From: a virus
Virus record (IMG/VR): IMGVR_UViG_3300010885_033832
Coordinates: 31,417-95,416 of that record
Strand: one strand, 5' to 3'
DNA length: 64,000 nt
Positions within the stretch are counted from its first letter, which is position 1; every line of letters starts with the position of its first letter. The position numbers and the translations under genes were made by a program. Positions 54,331 to 63,356 of this stretch are shown here, piece by piece. The notes beneath the pieces are model-generated. The model searched no databases and was not told the DNA's origin. It worked only from the letters and a program-made list of their open reading frames with translations.

Positions 54331-55412
54331 TATCGACCTCCCGCGAACTGCTTGAGTATGCGGAGTGGGTCAATAAACCGTCCGTCCCACTTGAGTCCAA
54401 AGTGCAGGTGCGCCCCAGTTGATACCCCGGAGTCTCCAACCTTTCCAATGGTCTGTCCCACCACAACTTCATCTCCAACAGAAACTGTTGCAGATCCTGG
54501 AATCATGTGTCCGTAGATTGTCTCGATGTGCTTACCGTCAGAAATAATGACAGTGTACCCAAGCTCACCATCGTAACCAACTAAAGTTACAGTGCCAGCA
54601 ATGGCTGCACTAACCTTGGTTCCGTATCCAGGAGCGAAGTCAATTCCTTGATGGTTGCTAGAGCACGCAGCACAGGGTGCAGTCCTATACCCAAAGTAGG
54701 ATGAAATATCTGCATTGCCAACTGGGTAGATCATATCTGGGAAGTAGAAGCCAGACCCAGGTTCTAGGTCGTTGTAGGCTTGGACGTTACTGGCAGTAAT
54801 CGATTGAGTCTCCTGCTTACCAGAACCCAAAAACATTACCTCAGGACCACAAAAAGCACTGCCGGCGTGTGCTGGAGAGCTAGCCAGGAGAACAGTTGAC
54901 GCCGCGGCCAGCACTGCATACTTCTTTGAACGATTAGCCGCTCTCTTACTCCAACTCTGAAGTAGCCCCAGACTCCTAGATAAACTAGTTGGACCGGGAA
55001 CCTGCTCCTCAGATAAAACAATCTCTGTTACTGGAGATGGATCTGTCTCGACTACATCCACAACTTCTTTAGGCTTCCTACGGAAAACCCCATAGATATC
55101 GTCCTTGAAGTCTTCAACAAGCTTTGCCACAATGTGATCATCAGGAAAGTTGACAAAAGGCTTATCAATGATGTCAAGAACTCGATTGCGCTCAAACTTA
55201 GCCACTTCGTGGTGGTTGCCAATTCCTTCTACATGCTCAAGACATTCTGCTTGATACTGCATAAGGCCGCGCTCGTTACCCACGACGCGGATGTAGTTGT
55301 CTCTACTCCGCTTGAGAACGTACGCAACTCGGTTCCTTTGCGAGATACCTGAGTTCAGCACCCACCTACTGCGAAGGCTTTCAAGTTGTTTTTTCTGTAA
55401 GTTAGTAGTCAC
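54330..55412 (-). CDS. M23 metallopeptidase with long N-terminal region and internal TM/signal
   Basis: HQGIDF...YGHM...STGAHLHF. Confidence 0.9.
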   Translation of the reverse strand: MTTNLQKKQLESLRSRWVLNSGISQRNRVAYVLKRSRDNYIRVVGNERGLMQYQAECLEHVEGIGNHHEVAKFERNRVLDIIDKPFVNFPDDHIVAKLVEDFKDDIYGVFRRKPKEVVDVVETDPSPVTEIVLSEEQVPGPTSLSRSLGLLQSWSKRAANRSKKYAVLAAASTVLLASSPAHAGSAFCGPEVMFLGSGKQETQSITASNVQAYNDLEPGSGFYFPDMIYPVGNADISSYFGYRTAPCAACSSNHQGIDFAPGYGTKVSAAIAGTVTLVGYDGELGYTVIISDGKHIETIYGHMIPGSATVSVGDEVVVGQTIGKVGDSGVSTGAHLHFGLKWDGRFIDPLRILKQFAGGR

Positions 55413-55681
55413 TCGTCCCACTCCTGTTTCATTTCGGTCACTTCCTCCGACCATGTCGGAGACAGACTATCTTGACCCTCTGTAATGCGCTCGATGTTCC
55501 GGCACGTCAAACAGTATGTCGGGTGCACCCACTTGTTGTCAAGTGAGTTCCAGACTTCTTGGTGCTCCATCAGATCAATAATCCGTCGACGTTCGGCGCT
55601 ACGCCCCAATTCTGAGCCAGCGCCGTGCGCCTTGAGCTCGATGTTGAAGACTTCTTCTTCTTGGAATATGCGCCTAATCAT
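55409..55681 (-). CDS. ERxRI-family small protein 1
   Basis: AERRRIIDLME...CLTCRNIERI. Confidence 0.7.
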   Translation of the reverse strand: MIRRIFQEEEVFNIELKAHGAGSELGRSAERRRIIDLMEHQEVWNSLDNKWVHPTYCLTCRNIERITEGQDSLSPTWSEEVTEMKQEWDE

Positions 55682-55871
55682 CAGTGCTCCCCCCGATACG
55701 TGCAATGTTTCTACACGTCACACACTGCTCCGACTGATGCGCCCCAAAGAAGTCTTTGGCGGAGCGAGCATCCTCGTGCTCAAGCAATGCAAGAATTCTA
55801 TTGCGCTCGTCCCACGCACCTTTTACGTAGAGGTCGAACTCTCCCTCGGTTTTGAAGTCGTCTGTGTTCAT
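55674..55871 (-). CDS. ERxRI-family small protein 2
   Basis: DERNRILALLE...CVTCRNIARI. Confidence 0.72.
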   Translation of the reverse strand: MNTDDFKTEGEFDLYVKGAWDERNRILALLEHEDARSAKDFFGAHQSEQCVTCRNIARIGGSTDD

Positions 55872-56041
55872 TTGTTCTCTCCCTCGATAAGCGCAACAAC
55901 CCGACCCACAACACCCATGTCGTAGTAGTCCTCACCAAACTCTTGCTTCAGCAGTGCAATAATCCGCGCACGCTCTGCCTCTCGGCCCTGCTCGACAGCA
56001 GACTGAATGTCCTGAATACTAAATGGTGCGTGGTGTGTCAT
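55868..56041 (-). CDS. ERxRI-family small protein 3
   Basis: AERARIIALLK...IEGENK. Confidence 0.72.
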   Translation of the reverse strand: MTHHAPFSIQDIQSAVEQGREAERARIIALLKQEFGEDYYDMGVVGRVVALIEGENK

Positions 56042-56256
56042 TTGTTCTCTCCCTTGGCTAGTGCAATCTTGACCATAGCAAGCGCCGACTGAAAGCCAGC
56101 ATCCCACTCTCTGTTCTCCGCAGCACCCTCAACCTCGACAGAGAAACGAGATAACTCAAGGTATTCCTCAAGAATACGGATGATGCGTTCACGCTCCTGC
56201 TGTGCGCCCGTCCGTAAATCCTTCTGGCGCAATGGGGACAGCTTCTTCTCGCTCAT
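56038..56256 (-). CDS. ERxRI-family small protein 4
   Basis: QERERIIRILE...AKGENK. Confidence 0.72.
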   Translation of the reverse strand: MSEKKLSPLRQKDLRTGAQQERERIIRILEEYLELSRFSVEVEGAAENREWDAGFQSALAMVKIALAKGENK

Positions 56257-56456
56257 CCGTCGTATCCGTATGCGGAGTCTTCGTCAGTCTTGCTGTATTC
56301 GCAGACATTGCAGATCGTGGTGATGATTGCGTGGTTGCGACCAACCACCTCCACCCACTCAGAGGTTGCGGTGAACTGCCCGCAGTCCGGGCACTCCCAC
56401 TCTCCATCTTGGTAGCCACCCTCGTCTGAGGGATCAATCGGTGCTTCAACGCTCAT
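56253..56456 (-). CDS. Acidic zinc-ribbon protein
   Basis: CPDC...CNVC; AAAGGAG SD. Confidence 0.7.
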   Translation of the reverse strand: MSVEAPIDPSDEGGYQDGEWECPDCGQFTATSEWVEVVGRNHAIITTICNVCEYSKTDEDSAYGYDG

Positions 56457-56907
56457 GGTGGTGCGCTCCTTTTCGGTTTCCAATTCGCTCAATCTCTTGA
56501 GCAATTTTCTTGGCGTGCTCGTTCTCAGGTTCAGTCACAAGGAAGTCAGCAATCAACTGCCCAACCGACGGCTGGAACAACTCTATATATTGTCCGTCCT
56601 CACACCACAGCGTGATGATGGACCCATTATTTATGTGGCCGTCCGGCATCTCTGGAGTTCGGCGCAAGGAATACAAAAACATACTCAATCGCATCCCAAC
56701 ACCATCCCCCAGCGCCTCACGGAAACTTTTGCTTCCACCGACAAACAGCCAGTAGAACGCACTCTTGATTCGCTTAGACCAAGTGTCCCCATCATCCGAT
56801 CGATGAATATCAAGAATGAGATTGTTGTTGTCCACAAACTCCCACTGCTCTCGGTCGAATATGTCGTAGGCACGGATGAGCTCGTGCGCTTTCATCCGCT
56901 TAGCCAT
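56446..56907 (-). CDS. Hypothetical protein
   Basis: Operon-coupled, 153 aa. Confidence 0.7.
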   Translation of the reverse strand: MAKRMKAHELIRAYDIFDREQWEFVDNNNLILDIHRSDDGDTWSKRIKSAFYWLFVGGSKSFREALGDGVGMRLSMFLYSLRRTPEMPDGHINNGSIITLWCEDGQYIELFQPSVGQLIADFLVTEPENEHAKKIAQEIERIGNRKGAHHHER

Positions 56908-57121
56908 TTTCAACCTTTCGCCATCCGTCGGCGATCATGTTGTCAACGACCGACTTGAGCATGTACTCAGTTAGTCCATCTGGATCATTACCAGTCTGAA
57001 CCCACGCCATCCCGGCAGCGAAGTAAGCATCGCGTGCGAGAAGGTAGGCGCGATTGCGCGTGTTTACATGAACCGAGGCAACAAGTGCCTCAAAGTCCTC
57101 TGGTGTTTTTTTCTTTGCCAT
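56900..57121 (-). CDS. Hypothetical protein
   Basis: Leaderless TATCTT promoter. Confidence 0.7.
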   Translation of the reverse strand: MAKKKTPEDFEALVASVHVNTRNRAYLLARDAYFAAGMAWVQTGNDPDGLTEYMLKSVVDNMIADGWRKVENG

Positions 57122-57138
57122 GCGACAAAGATAACACG

Positions 57139-57399
57139 CTACTCCGTGTCGCGCAAGTTCTTAAGGTACTCAAGCCATGCAGTGTGGGCCTCAATGTCCT
57201 GCTCGACCTCAGCAATCATGTCGTCAAGACTCTCCGCCGAGGTCCACTCAAACGTCCAGACAGCATTGATTCCCTCAACGCCGTCTTCAGGGGCGTACTC
57301 GTAGACTCGGTTGCGAGCCCCATATAAGAGGTCCCACTCCCCGCGAAGAACAATCTTCCGCTTCGAGGTACCTTCTATCTTCTTACGACTACTTCGCAT
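57139..57399 (-). CDS. Hypothetical protein
   Basis: Operon-coupled, 86 aa. Confidence 0.7.
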   Translation of the reverse strand: MRSSRKKIEGTSKRKIVLRGEWDLLYGARNRVYEYAPEDGVEGINAVWTFEWTSAESLDDMIAEVEQDIEAHTAWLEYLKNLRDTE

Positions 57400-57589
57400 T
57401 ATTGGCTGCCTTCCTAGCCTTGCGCGCGCGGACTTCTTTCCACGACGTTGGATCAGGTTCTCCAGTTATATGGAGTTGATACTTATAGTGAGTCCAACCC
57501 CAGAGGTAGATAACCGGACTAAGTATAACTAGAGACACTACTACTATGACCACATACAGATATGACCATATCTTCCCTAGAAATTGCAC
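57389..57589 (-). CDS. Small TM protein
   Basis: N-terminal hydrophobic helix. Confidence 0.62.
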   Translation of the reverse strand: MQFLGKIWSYLYVVIVVVSLVILSPVIYLWGWTHYKYQLHITGEPDPTSWKEVRARKARKAANNAK

Positions 57590-57591
57590 TA

Positions 57592-58221
57592 CTAACTTTC
57601 TACCTTCTTGAAGGCCAGGCGCGAGATTTCTTCCGAAGCCGCAAGCACAGCGATGGGAGCCGACGCCGTAATAGCTACACCGACCCAGAGTCGGTAGTCA
57701 CCAGCGCCAACGCCAGTTGTGCTCAGGTAGTCAAGCGTGTGGGCCACGTTGGCCGCCACGGAGATACCAGCAAAGGCAAAAAGCCACAGCACGGTTCGCC
57801 ATGTACCCTCCCCACGTGCTTTGAATACAAAGAGTGAGATTGTGTAGGCCAAGATCGCTGCGTCAATAAACAGAGCGGGGACCCACTGAAGAACCTCAGG
57901 GAGTCCGGTGTATTGGGAGATGTCCCAGATACCCGAGAATGAAACAACGAAGGATGAGACCATCAGGAGGAATACCAAGATTACGGCCAGCCACAGAGTT
58001 CCACGCGAGTCCGGGTTGATACGAGCTCCTGAGCCCGACTTACCGCCTCGACTACGATTCTCTGATCGCGTCAGTCTGGTATATGACTGTACGGACTCAG
58101 GGGGAGTGGGGAGTGCTCCTCCCCTCGAGGGGTCCACAATGTTTGCGTATCCCGATGGTGGCGCTGGCGGATCTACAATTACGCCCTCGTCATCAAACAC
58201 TACTTCGTTACGTGCTGCCAT
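57592..58221 (-). CDS. DUF2637-like four-TM membrane protein
   Basis: SFVVSF..I.DI...WVPALFIDAAI...SVAANVAH...APIAVLA..E. Confidence 0.75.
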   Translation of the reverse strand: MAARNEVVFDDEGVIVDPPAPPSGYANIVDPSRGGALPTPPESVQSYTRLTRSENRSRGGKSGSGARINPDSRGTLWLAVILVFLLMVSSFVVSFSGIWDISQYTGLPEVLQWVPALFIDAAILAYTISLFVFKARGEGTWRTVLWLFAFAGISVAANVAHTLDYLSTTGVGAGDYRLWVGVAITASAPIAVLAASEEISRLAFKKVES

Positions 58222-58314
58222 TTTTTACCTCCATGGAGTGTCTCGATTTGCATTTTTATTCAACAAGTGTTATCTTTTTCATTACAAGGACATCCACTAC
58301 ACAAAGGAGAACCA

Positions 58315-58812
58315 ATGTCCCGAACAAAAATCCGCTCCAAGGAGCAGGATGGTCTCGTAGAGACCTATACCAATAGTATCACGCAGTTGATGCCTCTGGC
58401 ATCCAAGGCACGAGGACCACGCACCGGAACCTCCATTGAGCAAAAAGCCTCAGACGAGTTCAGCAATCTCGTCCTGGAGTACATCAAGCTGGGTGGTATG
58501 CTTCAGGATCTTGCCGACAGCCTTGGTGTGAGTTACCACACGCTCCGCCGTCGCGCTAAGAACGCAGCAACCCCCGCCCACCGCGCTCCGAACTCAAAGC
58601 GTACCTCGGACGAGTACACCGCTGCCATCCAGCGCCTCAACTTGGCGAAGCAGATGTCCACCGTTGACTACCACGAACAGATCCTCCGCGAGTACGAGGA
58701 CGGGTTCTCCATGAACCGTATGGCCAAGTTGATGGGAGTCTCGTCTCCGTATCCTCTGTACTACGGACTCCAGACTGCTCGCGAGCGCCGCGCGTCCGGA
58801 GCGAAGAAGTGA
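58315..58812 (+). CDS. Tandem HTH DNA-binding protein
   Basis: AAAGGAG SD; LQDLADSLGVSYHTLRRR and FSMNRMAKLMGVS. Confidence 0.75.
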   Translation: MSRTKIRSKEQDGLVETYTNSITQLMPLASKARGPRTGTSIEQKASDEFSNLVLEYIKLGGMLQDLADSLGVSYHTLRRRAKNAATPAHRAPNSKRTSDEYTAAIQRLNLAKQMSTVDYHEQILREYEDGFSMNRMAKLMGVSSPYPLYYGLQTARERRASGAKK

Positions 58813-58832
58813 CGCAATTCACAGCAACGATA

Positions 58833-58860
58833 ATCCCCCTAGCATATGCACTAGGGGGAT
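58833..58860. terminator. Hairpin between convergent genes
   Basis: ATCCCCCTAG...CTAGGGGGAT. Confidence 0.7.
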
Positions 58861-58962
58861 ATGTCGTTGGCATGCGTGCTGTCACATTTTTGCCAACATT
58901 CCTGCCTGTCTTTGCGCTCTGCGCTTTATTTGCAGTTCAGGATTTAAACCGCTGGTACGAGG

Positions 58963-59274
58963 CTACGATCGTCGTCGAACTCGAAGTGGGAGAGACACAG
59001 TACTAGCTCCGCCCGCACGCTTAATTGCTCTGCGTTCACGCTCCGTGGTCCCTCCCCAGATTCCTCCCTCGTTCTTTTCCATAGCCCACTCGAAACATTC
59101 ATAGAGCCGTGGGCATCCCGAGTTACAGATTGCTTGTGCGGCCGCCGTCTTTAATTTTATCTGTGGGTCGTCTTGATCCGGGGTAAATATGTCTTTATCT
59201 TCTCCCTGAAGTTCAGCGCAGAACGCTCCAGTTAGGTTGGGCATGTTGGTGAAAATTTCACTATCAGAGGTCAT
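58963..59274 (-). CDS. whiB: WhiB-family transcription factor
   Basis: C...AICNSGCP...EC...GIWGGTTERERR. Confidence 0.92.
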   Translation of the reverse strand: MTSDSEIFTNMPNLTGAFCAELQGEDKDIFTPDQDDPQIKLKTAAAQAICNSGCPRLYECFEWAMEKNEGGIWGGTTERERRAIKRAGGASTVSLPLRVRRRS

Positions 59275-59342
59275 ACCTGAACCTTATCTGGGATTGATTG
59301 CTGTGTCAAATCACCTCCGCATCCCCGCCGTACAATGGAGAT

Positions 59343-59567
59343 GTGAACGTATCCATCGTGAAGGTCACCGCCAACAACTTGTGCGATTCTCCTTCATGTG
59401 GGGCCCCGTCCAGCGTAAAAGTGCTGATGTCAATGGGGCCCCTTTTCTTTTGTGGCCACCACTTCACAGCCAATGAGTTTTCCCTCCGTACGCAAAGTAC
59501 GCTCGTGTCGATCACCGACGAGAGGGACATAGATGTCGCGGAGTTAACTCCCGCCGACAGGGAGTAG
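59343..59567 (+). CDS. Conserved actinobacterial Zn-binding small protein (CD..SCGA...LFFCGHH)
   Basis: Motif recognisable; leaderless TACAAT promoter. Confidence 0.72.
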   Translation: MNVSIVKVTANNLCDSPSCGAPSSVKVLMSMGPLFFCGHHFTANEFSLRTQSTLVSITDERDIDVAELTPADRE

Positions 59568-59693
59568 TTCGCTACCACTCCTACCACCGCCAGAAGGCCC
59601 AGTAGTTCTCCCGCTGCTGGGCCTTCACTTTTAATTTTTGAATGTAGAAAGTGCGAATCTAGAGTGTAATAATTACACATAGATAGATGCCAG

Positions 59694-59741
59694 ACACAAT
59701 TTGTTCGGGTGCTGAACGCCGTGCTACACTATATCTACGCG
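59694..59741 (+). promoter_or_regulatory. Possible degenerate tandem NrdR boxes
   Basis: ACACAATTTGTTCGGG and ACACTATATCTACGCG start 32 bp apart upstream of the nrd operon. Confidence 0.35.
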
Positions 59742-59800
59742 TCGCCCAAAATGTCAGGAAAACGCTTTTCTCGCTACTACACAGAAGAAGGAGATGGCCA

Positions 59801-59887
59801 ATGGCCCCTCAAAATAAAGATAATGTCGATGGCTATTACGTCCCGCAGGACCCAATGGATCTCCTGCAGTGTGACTCCTGCCAGTAG
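59801..59887 (+). CDS. 28-aa peptide resembling the NrdA C-terminal redox tail (PQDPMDLLQCDSCQ)
   Basis: AAGGAGA SD; terminal CxxCQ; directly upstream of an nrdA that lacks C-terminal cysteines. Confidence 0.8.
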   Translation: MAPQNKDNVDGYYVPQDPMDLLQCDSCQ

Positions 59888-59975
59888 TTCACGACTAACC
59901 CCGCGACAACCCGGGCCCCTGCGATAGAGTAGAGGCACCGGGTTTTCTCTCCCTACACAACGAAGAAAGACTGCA

Positions 59976-62900
59976 ATGAACATCAACGTCACCAAGCGTG
60001 ATGGCCGCCAAGAGCCATTCGACGCCAACAAGATCAACCTCGCTATCGAGCGGAATACCCGAGAAGTTCTCGCGGGAACCCCTGACGAGGATCGCATCAC
60101 TGAGTTTGTCACTCAGATTGCCACCGAGCTCTCCCTCACACTTTTCAATGGCATCACGACCGAACAGCTCGACGAAGCCGTCATCCAGGTTGCTCTGCAG
60201 AATGTCAAGGACGATCCAATCTACGATCAGATTGCATCCCGTCTTCTTCTCGGCACTATATATAAGAAGGTATTCAAGGGAGCGCCTGACTTCTTCAGTC
60301 TTCAGAATGCACACGAGTCATTCTTCCCCCACAACATCCGACGCGGAGTTGAGGAAGGTCTGTACGATGCTCGATTTACTGAGGTCTACGATCTTGATCG
60401 TCTTGCTTTTGTGCTTGACCCAGAGCGGGATAAGCTTCTCAAGTACACCGGACTCGTCACCCTCCGCAATCGCTATGGCATTACCGCCCGCGACGGACAG
60501 TTGCTCGAGACTCCCCAAATGTTTTGGATGCGCGTGGCGATGGGGCTCTCGCTAAACGAGGAGAAGCCTAACGAGTCAGCCATTCTCTTCTACGAGAAAA
60601 TGTCGAAGCTCGAGTACCTCGGTGCTGGATCAACTCTGGTCAACGCTGGAACATCGTACCCACAGCTGTCCAACTGCTTCGTCCTCGAAATGCAGGATGA
60701 CATCGAGCACATCGCCAAGACCGTCCGCGACGTCATGTGGCTTACTAAAGGTACGGGAGGTATCGGCCTGTCCGTTACCAAGCTCCGCGCCCAGGGTAGC
60801 CCAATCCGATCCAACAACACGTACTCGACCGGACCGATTCCGTTCATGCACACCATCGACTCGGTCCTCCGCGCAATTAGCCGTGGAGGAAAGAAGTTCG
60901 GGGCGCTCGCGTTCTATATGGAGAACTGGCACCTCGACTTCCCTGAGTTCCTTGAACTCCGCAACAACTCCGGCGACCCCTACCGTCGTACCCGCACCGC
61001 CAATACGGCTGTCTGGATTTCCGACGAGTTCATGAAGCGAGTCCAGAATGACCAAGACTGGTACCTCTTTGACCCTCTCGAAGTTGCTGACCTCAACGAG
61101 CTGTACGGCTCAGAGTTCTCCGCGCGCTACGCTCAGTACATCGAAGATGCAGAGGCTGGAAAGCTCCACCACTTCCAGAAAATCTCGGCCAAGGAACAGT
61201 TCCGCCAGATCCTTATCACTCTGCAGGCTAGTTCACACCCGTGGTTGACGTGGAAAGACACGATCAACCTTCGCGCGCTCAACAACAACACCGGTACGAT
61301 TCACTCGTCCAACCTCTGCGTCGCCCCCGAAACCCTCATCCTGACCGACAAGGGACACCTCCCTATTGGGCCGCTTGAGGGCAAGAAGGTAAATGTCTGG
61401 AACGGCGAGGAGTTCTCTACCGTTGAAATTAAGAAGACGGGCGAGGACCAAGAGCTCATCACCGTTACGCTCGACAGCGGAACCGAACTCGAGTGCACCC
61501 CGTACCACAAGTTCTACCGCGAGAACCGCAACGGAAAGATTGAAGAAGTTCGCGCTGGTGACCTCAAGTCTGGCGACAAGTTGATCCGTCGTCAGTTCCC
61601 CATCATTGAAGGTGGTACTAAAGAGATTAGCGGTAACCTTGCTTACACGCACGGTTACTACCTCGGAGCCGAGAAGTTCCACCGCGAGGCAAAGGTCAAC
61701 ACCACTTCGCGTCAAGCGTTCTTCTCGTACCGTCACGTCTTGCTCAAGGAGATAAAGTACAAGTCGGCTGACTCGCTGAACGTCGTGTTCCCCGACGAAA
61801 TGCCTCAGAAGGACTTTGCTCCGACCGCCAACCACACCCTCAAGGATCGCCTTGCATGGTTGGCTGGAATCTTCGACGCTGGACTCGAGAAGCGTAAGAG
61901 CCGTATGGGAGTCCTCCCAATTTGGAGCCTTTACTCGGACGATGCTGACTTCCTTGTCCGCGTCAAGTATGTTCTTCAGACGCTTGGTGCTGATGCCAAG
62001 ATTAAGAAGAACAATGACGACATGACCAAGCGCGGTAACTCGATGCGAATCACGTACCCCACGCTGTCAGCTCTGGTTGAACTCGGCCTCCCCATCAAGC
62101 GCGTCGAACTTCCTACTCTTCCCATCAAGCGTCGCTGGCTCCGCAACCCACAGGTTGTGTCGGTCAAGAGCAATGGTCGCATCTCGGACACCTTCTGCTT
62201 CACGGAGCCCCTGAAGCACATGGGAGTCTTCAATGGAATCCTCACCGGACAGTGCACCGAAATAACGCTCCCACAGGATCGAGATAACACTTCTGTCTGC
62301 AACCTTGCCTCCATCAACCTCCCTCGTCACTTGACGGCAGACAACAAGATCAACCTTGAGAAGTTGCAAGAGAGTGTCCGTCTCGCAGTTCGCCACCTCG
62401 ACAACCTGATTGACATCACCGTTTCCAGTGTTGATGAGGCAGACAACTCCAACAGCCAGAACCGCGCAATCGGACTTGGTGTGATGGGACTTACCGATGT
62501 CTTTGAGCGCATGGGAATTGCCTACGACTCAGAGCGTGCCCACGAAATCACCGACAACATTGTTGAGTTTGTTTCGTACTACGCAATCGACGAATCGACT
62601 GAGTTGGCACAAGAGCGTGGCTCTTATCCCAACTTTGAAGGCTCTGGCTGGTCCAAGGGAGTGGTTCCTATCGACACCATCAAGACAACGGAAGCCGACC
62701 GCGACTACGTCATTGACGTACCGCTGACGGCTGAGATGGACTGGGACTACATGAGGGAGAAGGTCAAGGAAGGTATACGCAACGCGACCCTCATGGCCAT
62801 CGCACCGACGGCATCGATCGGTCTCGTCGCGGGAACGACCCCGGGTCTCGACCCTCAGTTCTCACAGATCTTCTCGCGCTCTACCTCCAACGGTAAGTTC

Positions 62901-63338
62901 CTTGAGGTCAACGTAAACTTGGTCAACGAACTCAAGGGTCTCGGACTCTGGGAAGACGTCAAGGATGAAATCCTGCGTTCACAGGGTGACATCCAGAACA
63001 TTGAATCAATCCCCGACTCGGTCAAGGCGGTCTACAAGACTTCCTTCCAGCTCTCGCCTTACGCGTTCCTCAAGGTCGCAGCACGGGCGCAAAAATGGAT
63101 CGACCAGGCCATCAGCCGCAACATGTACCTCGAGACCCGAGACATCGACGAGATGGAAGAAATCTACACTTACGCATGGCAAGCGGGCGTCAAGACGACG
63201 TACTACTTGCACACTAAACCACGTCACACCGCCGAGCAATCAACGGTGAAGGTCAACAAGGCTGAAGCAATTTCTGCCGCCACTACACCCGAATCAGGTG
63301 CCCCTCGTAAGGGCTTCGGATTCAAGTCAGCTAACTAA
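59976..63338 (+). CDS. nrdA: Class I ribonucleotide reductase alpha subunit with ATP cone and intein
   Basis: VTKRDGRQEPFD ATP cone; QLSNCF; SSNL[intein]CTEI; VCNLAS; AIAPTAS; GVKTTYYL. Confidence 0.97.
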   Translation: MNINVTKRDGRQEPFDANKINLAIERNTREVLAGTPDEDRITEFVTQIATELSLTLFNGITTEQLDEAVIQVALQNVKDDPIYDQIASRLLLGTIYKKVFKGAPDFFSLQNAHESFFPHNIRRGVEEGLYDARFTEVYDLDRLAFVLDPERDKLLKYTGLVTLRNRYGITARDGQLLETPQMFWMRVAMGLSLNEEKPNESAILFYEKMSKLEYLGAGSTLVNAGTSYPQLSNCFVLEMQDDIEHIAKTVRDVMWLTKGTGGIGLSVTKLRAQGSPIRSNNTYSTGPIPFMHTIDSVLRAISRGGKKFGALAFYMENWHLDFPEFLELRNNSGDPYRRTRTANTAVWISDEFMKRVQNDQDWYLFDPLEVADLNELYGSEFSARYAQYIEDAEAGKLHHFQKISAKEQFRQILITLQASSHPWLTWKDTINLRALNNNTGTIHSSNLCVAPETLILTDKGHLPIGPLEGKKVNVWNGEEFSTVEIKKTGEDQELITVTLDSGTELECTPYHKFYRENRNGKIEEVRAGDLKSGDKLIRRQFPIIEGGTKEISGNLAYTHGYYLGAEKFHREAKVNTTSRQAFFSYRHVLLKEIKYKSADSLNVVFPDEMPQKDFAPTANHTLKDRLAWLAGIFDAGLEKRKSRMGVLPIWSLYSDDADFLVRVKYVLQTLGADAKIKKNNDDMTKRGNSMRITYPTLSALVELGLPIKRVELPTLPIKRRWLRNPQVVSVKSNGRISDTFCFTEPLKHMGVFNGILTGQCTEITLPQDRDNTSVCNLASINLPRHLTADNKINLEKLQESVRLAVRHLDNLIDITVSSVDEADNSNSQNRAIGLGVMGLTDVFERMGIAYDSERAHEITDNIVEFVSYYAIDESTELAQERGSYPNFEGSGWSKGVVPIDTIKTTEADRDYVIDVPLTAEMDWDYMREKVKEGIRNATLMAIAPTASIGLVAGTTPGLDPQFSQIFSRSTSNGKFLEVNVNLVNELKGLGLWEDVKDEILRSQGDIQNIESIPDSVKAVYKTSFQLSPYAFLKVAARAQKWIDQAISRNMYLETRDIDEMEEIYTYAWQAGVKTTYYLHTKPRHTAEQSTVKVNKAEAISAATTPESGAPRKGFGFKSAN
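61317..62252 (+). mobile_element. 312-aa intein with LAGLIDADG-like endonuclease, ending in Gln
   Basis: CVAPETLILT start; LECTPYHKF block B; WLAGIFDAG; GVFNGILTGQ/C end at the active-site Cys. Confidence 0.93.
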
Positions 63339-63356
63339 CAGAAAGAAGGTACCCCC

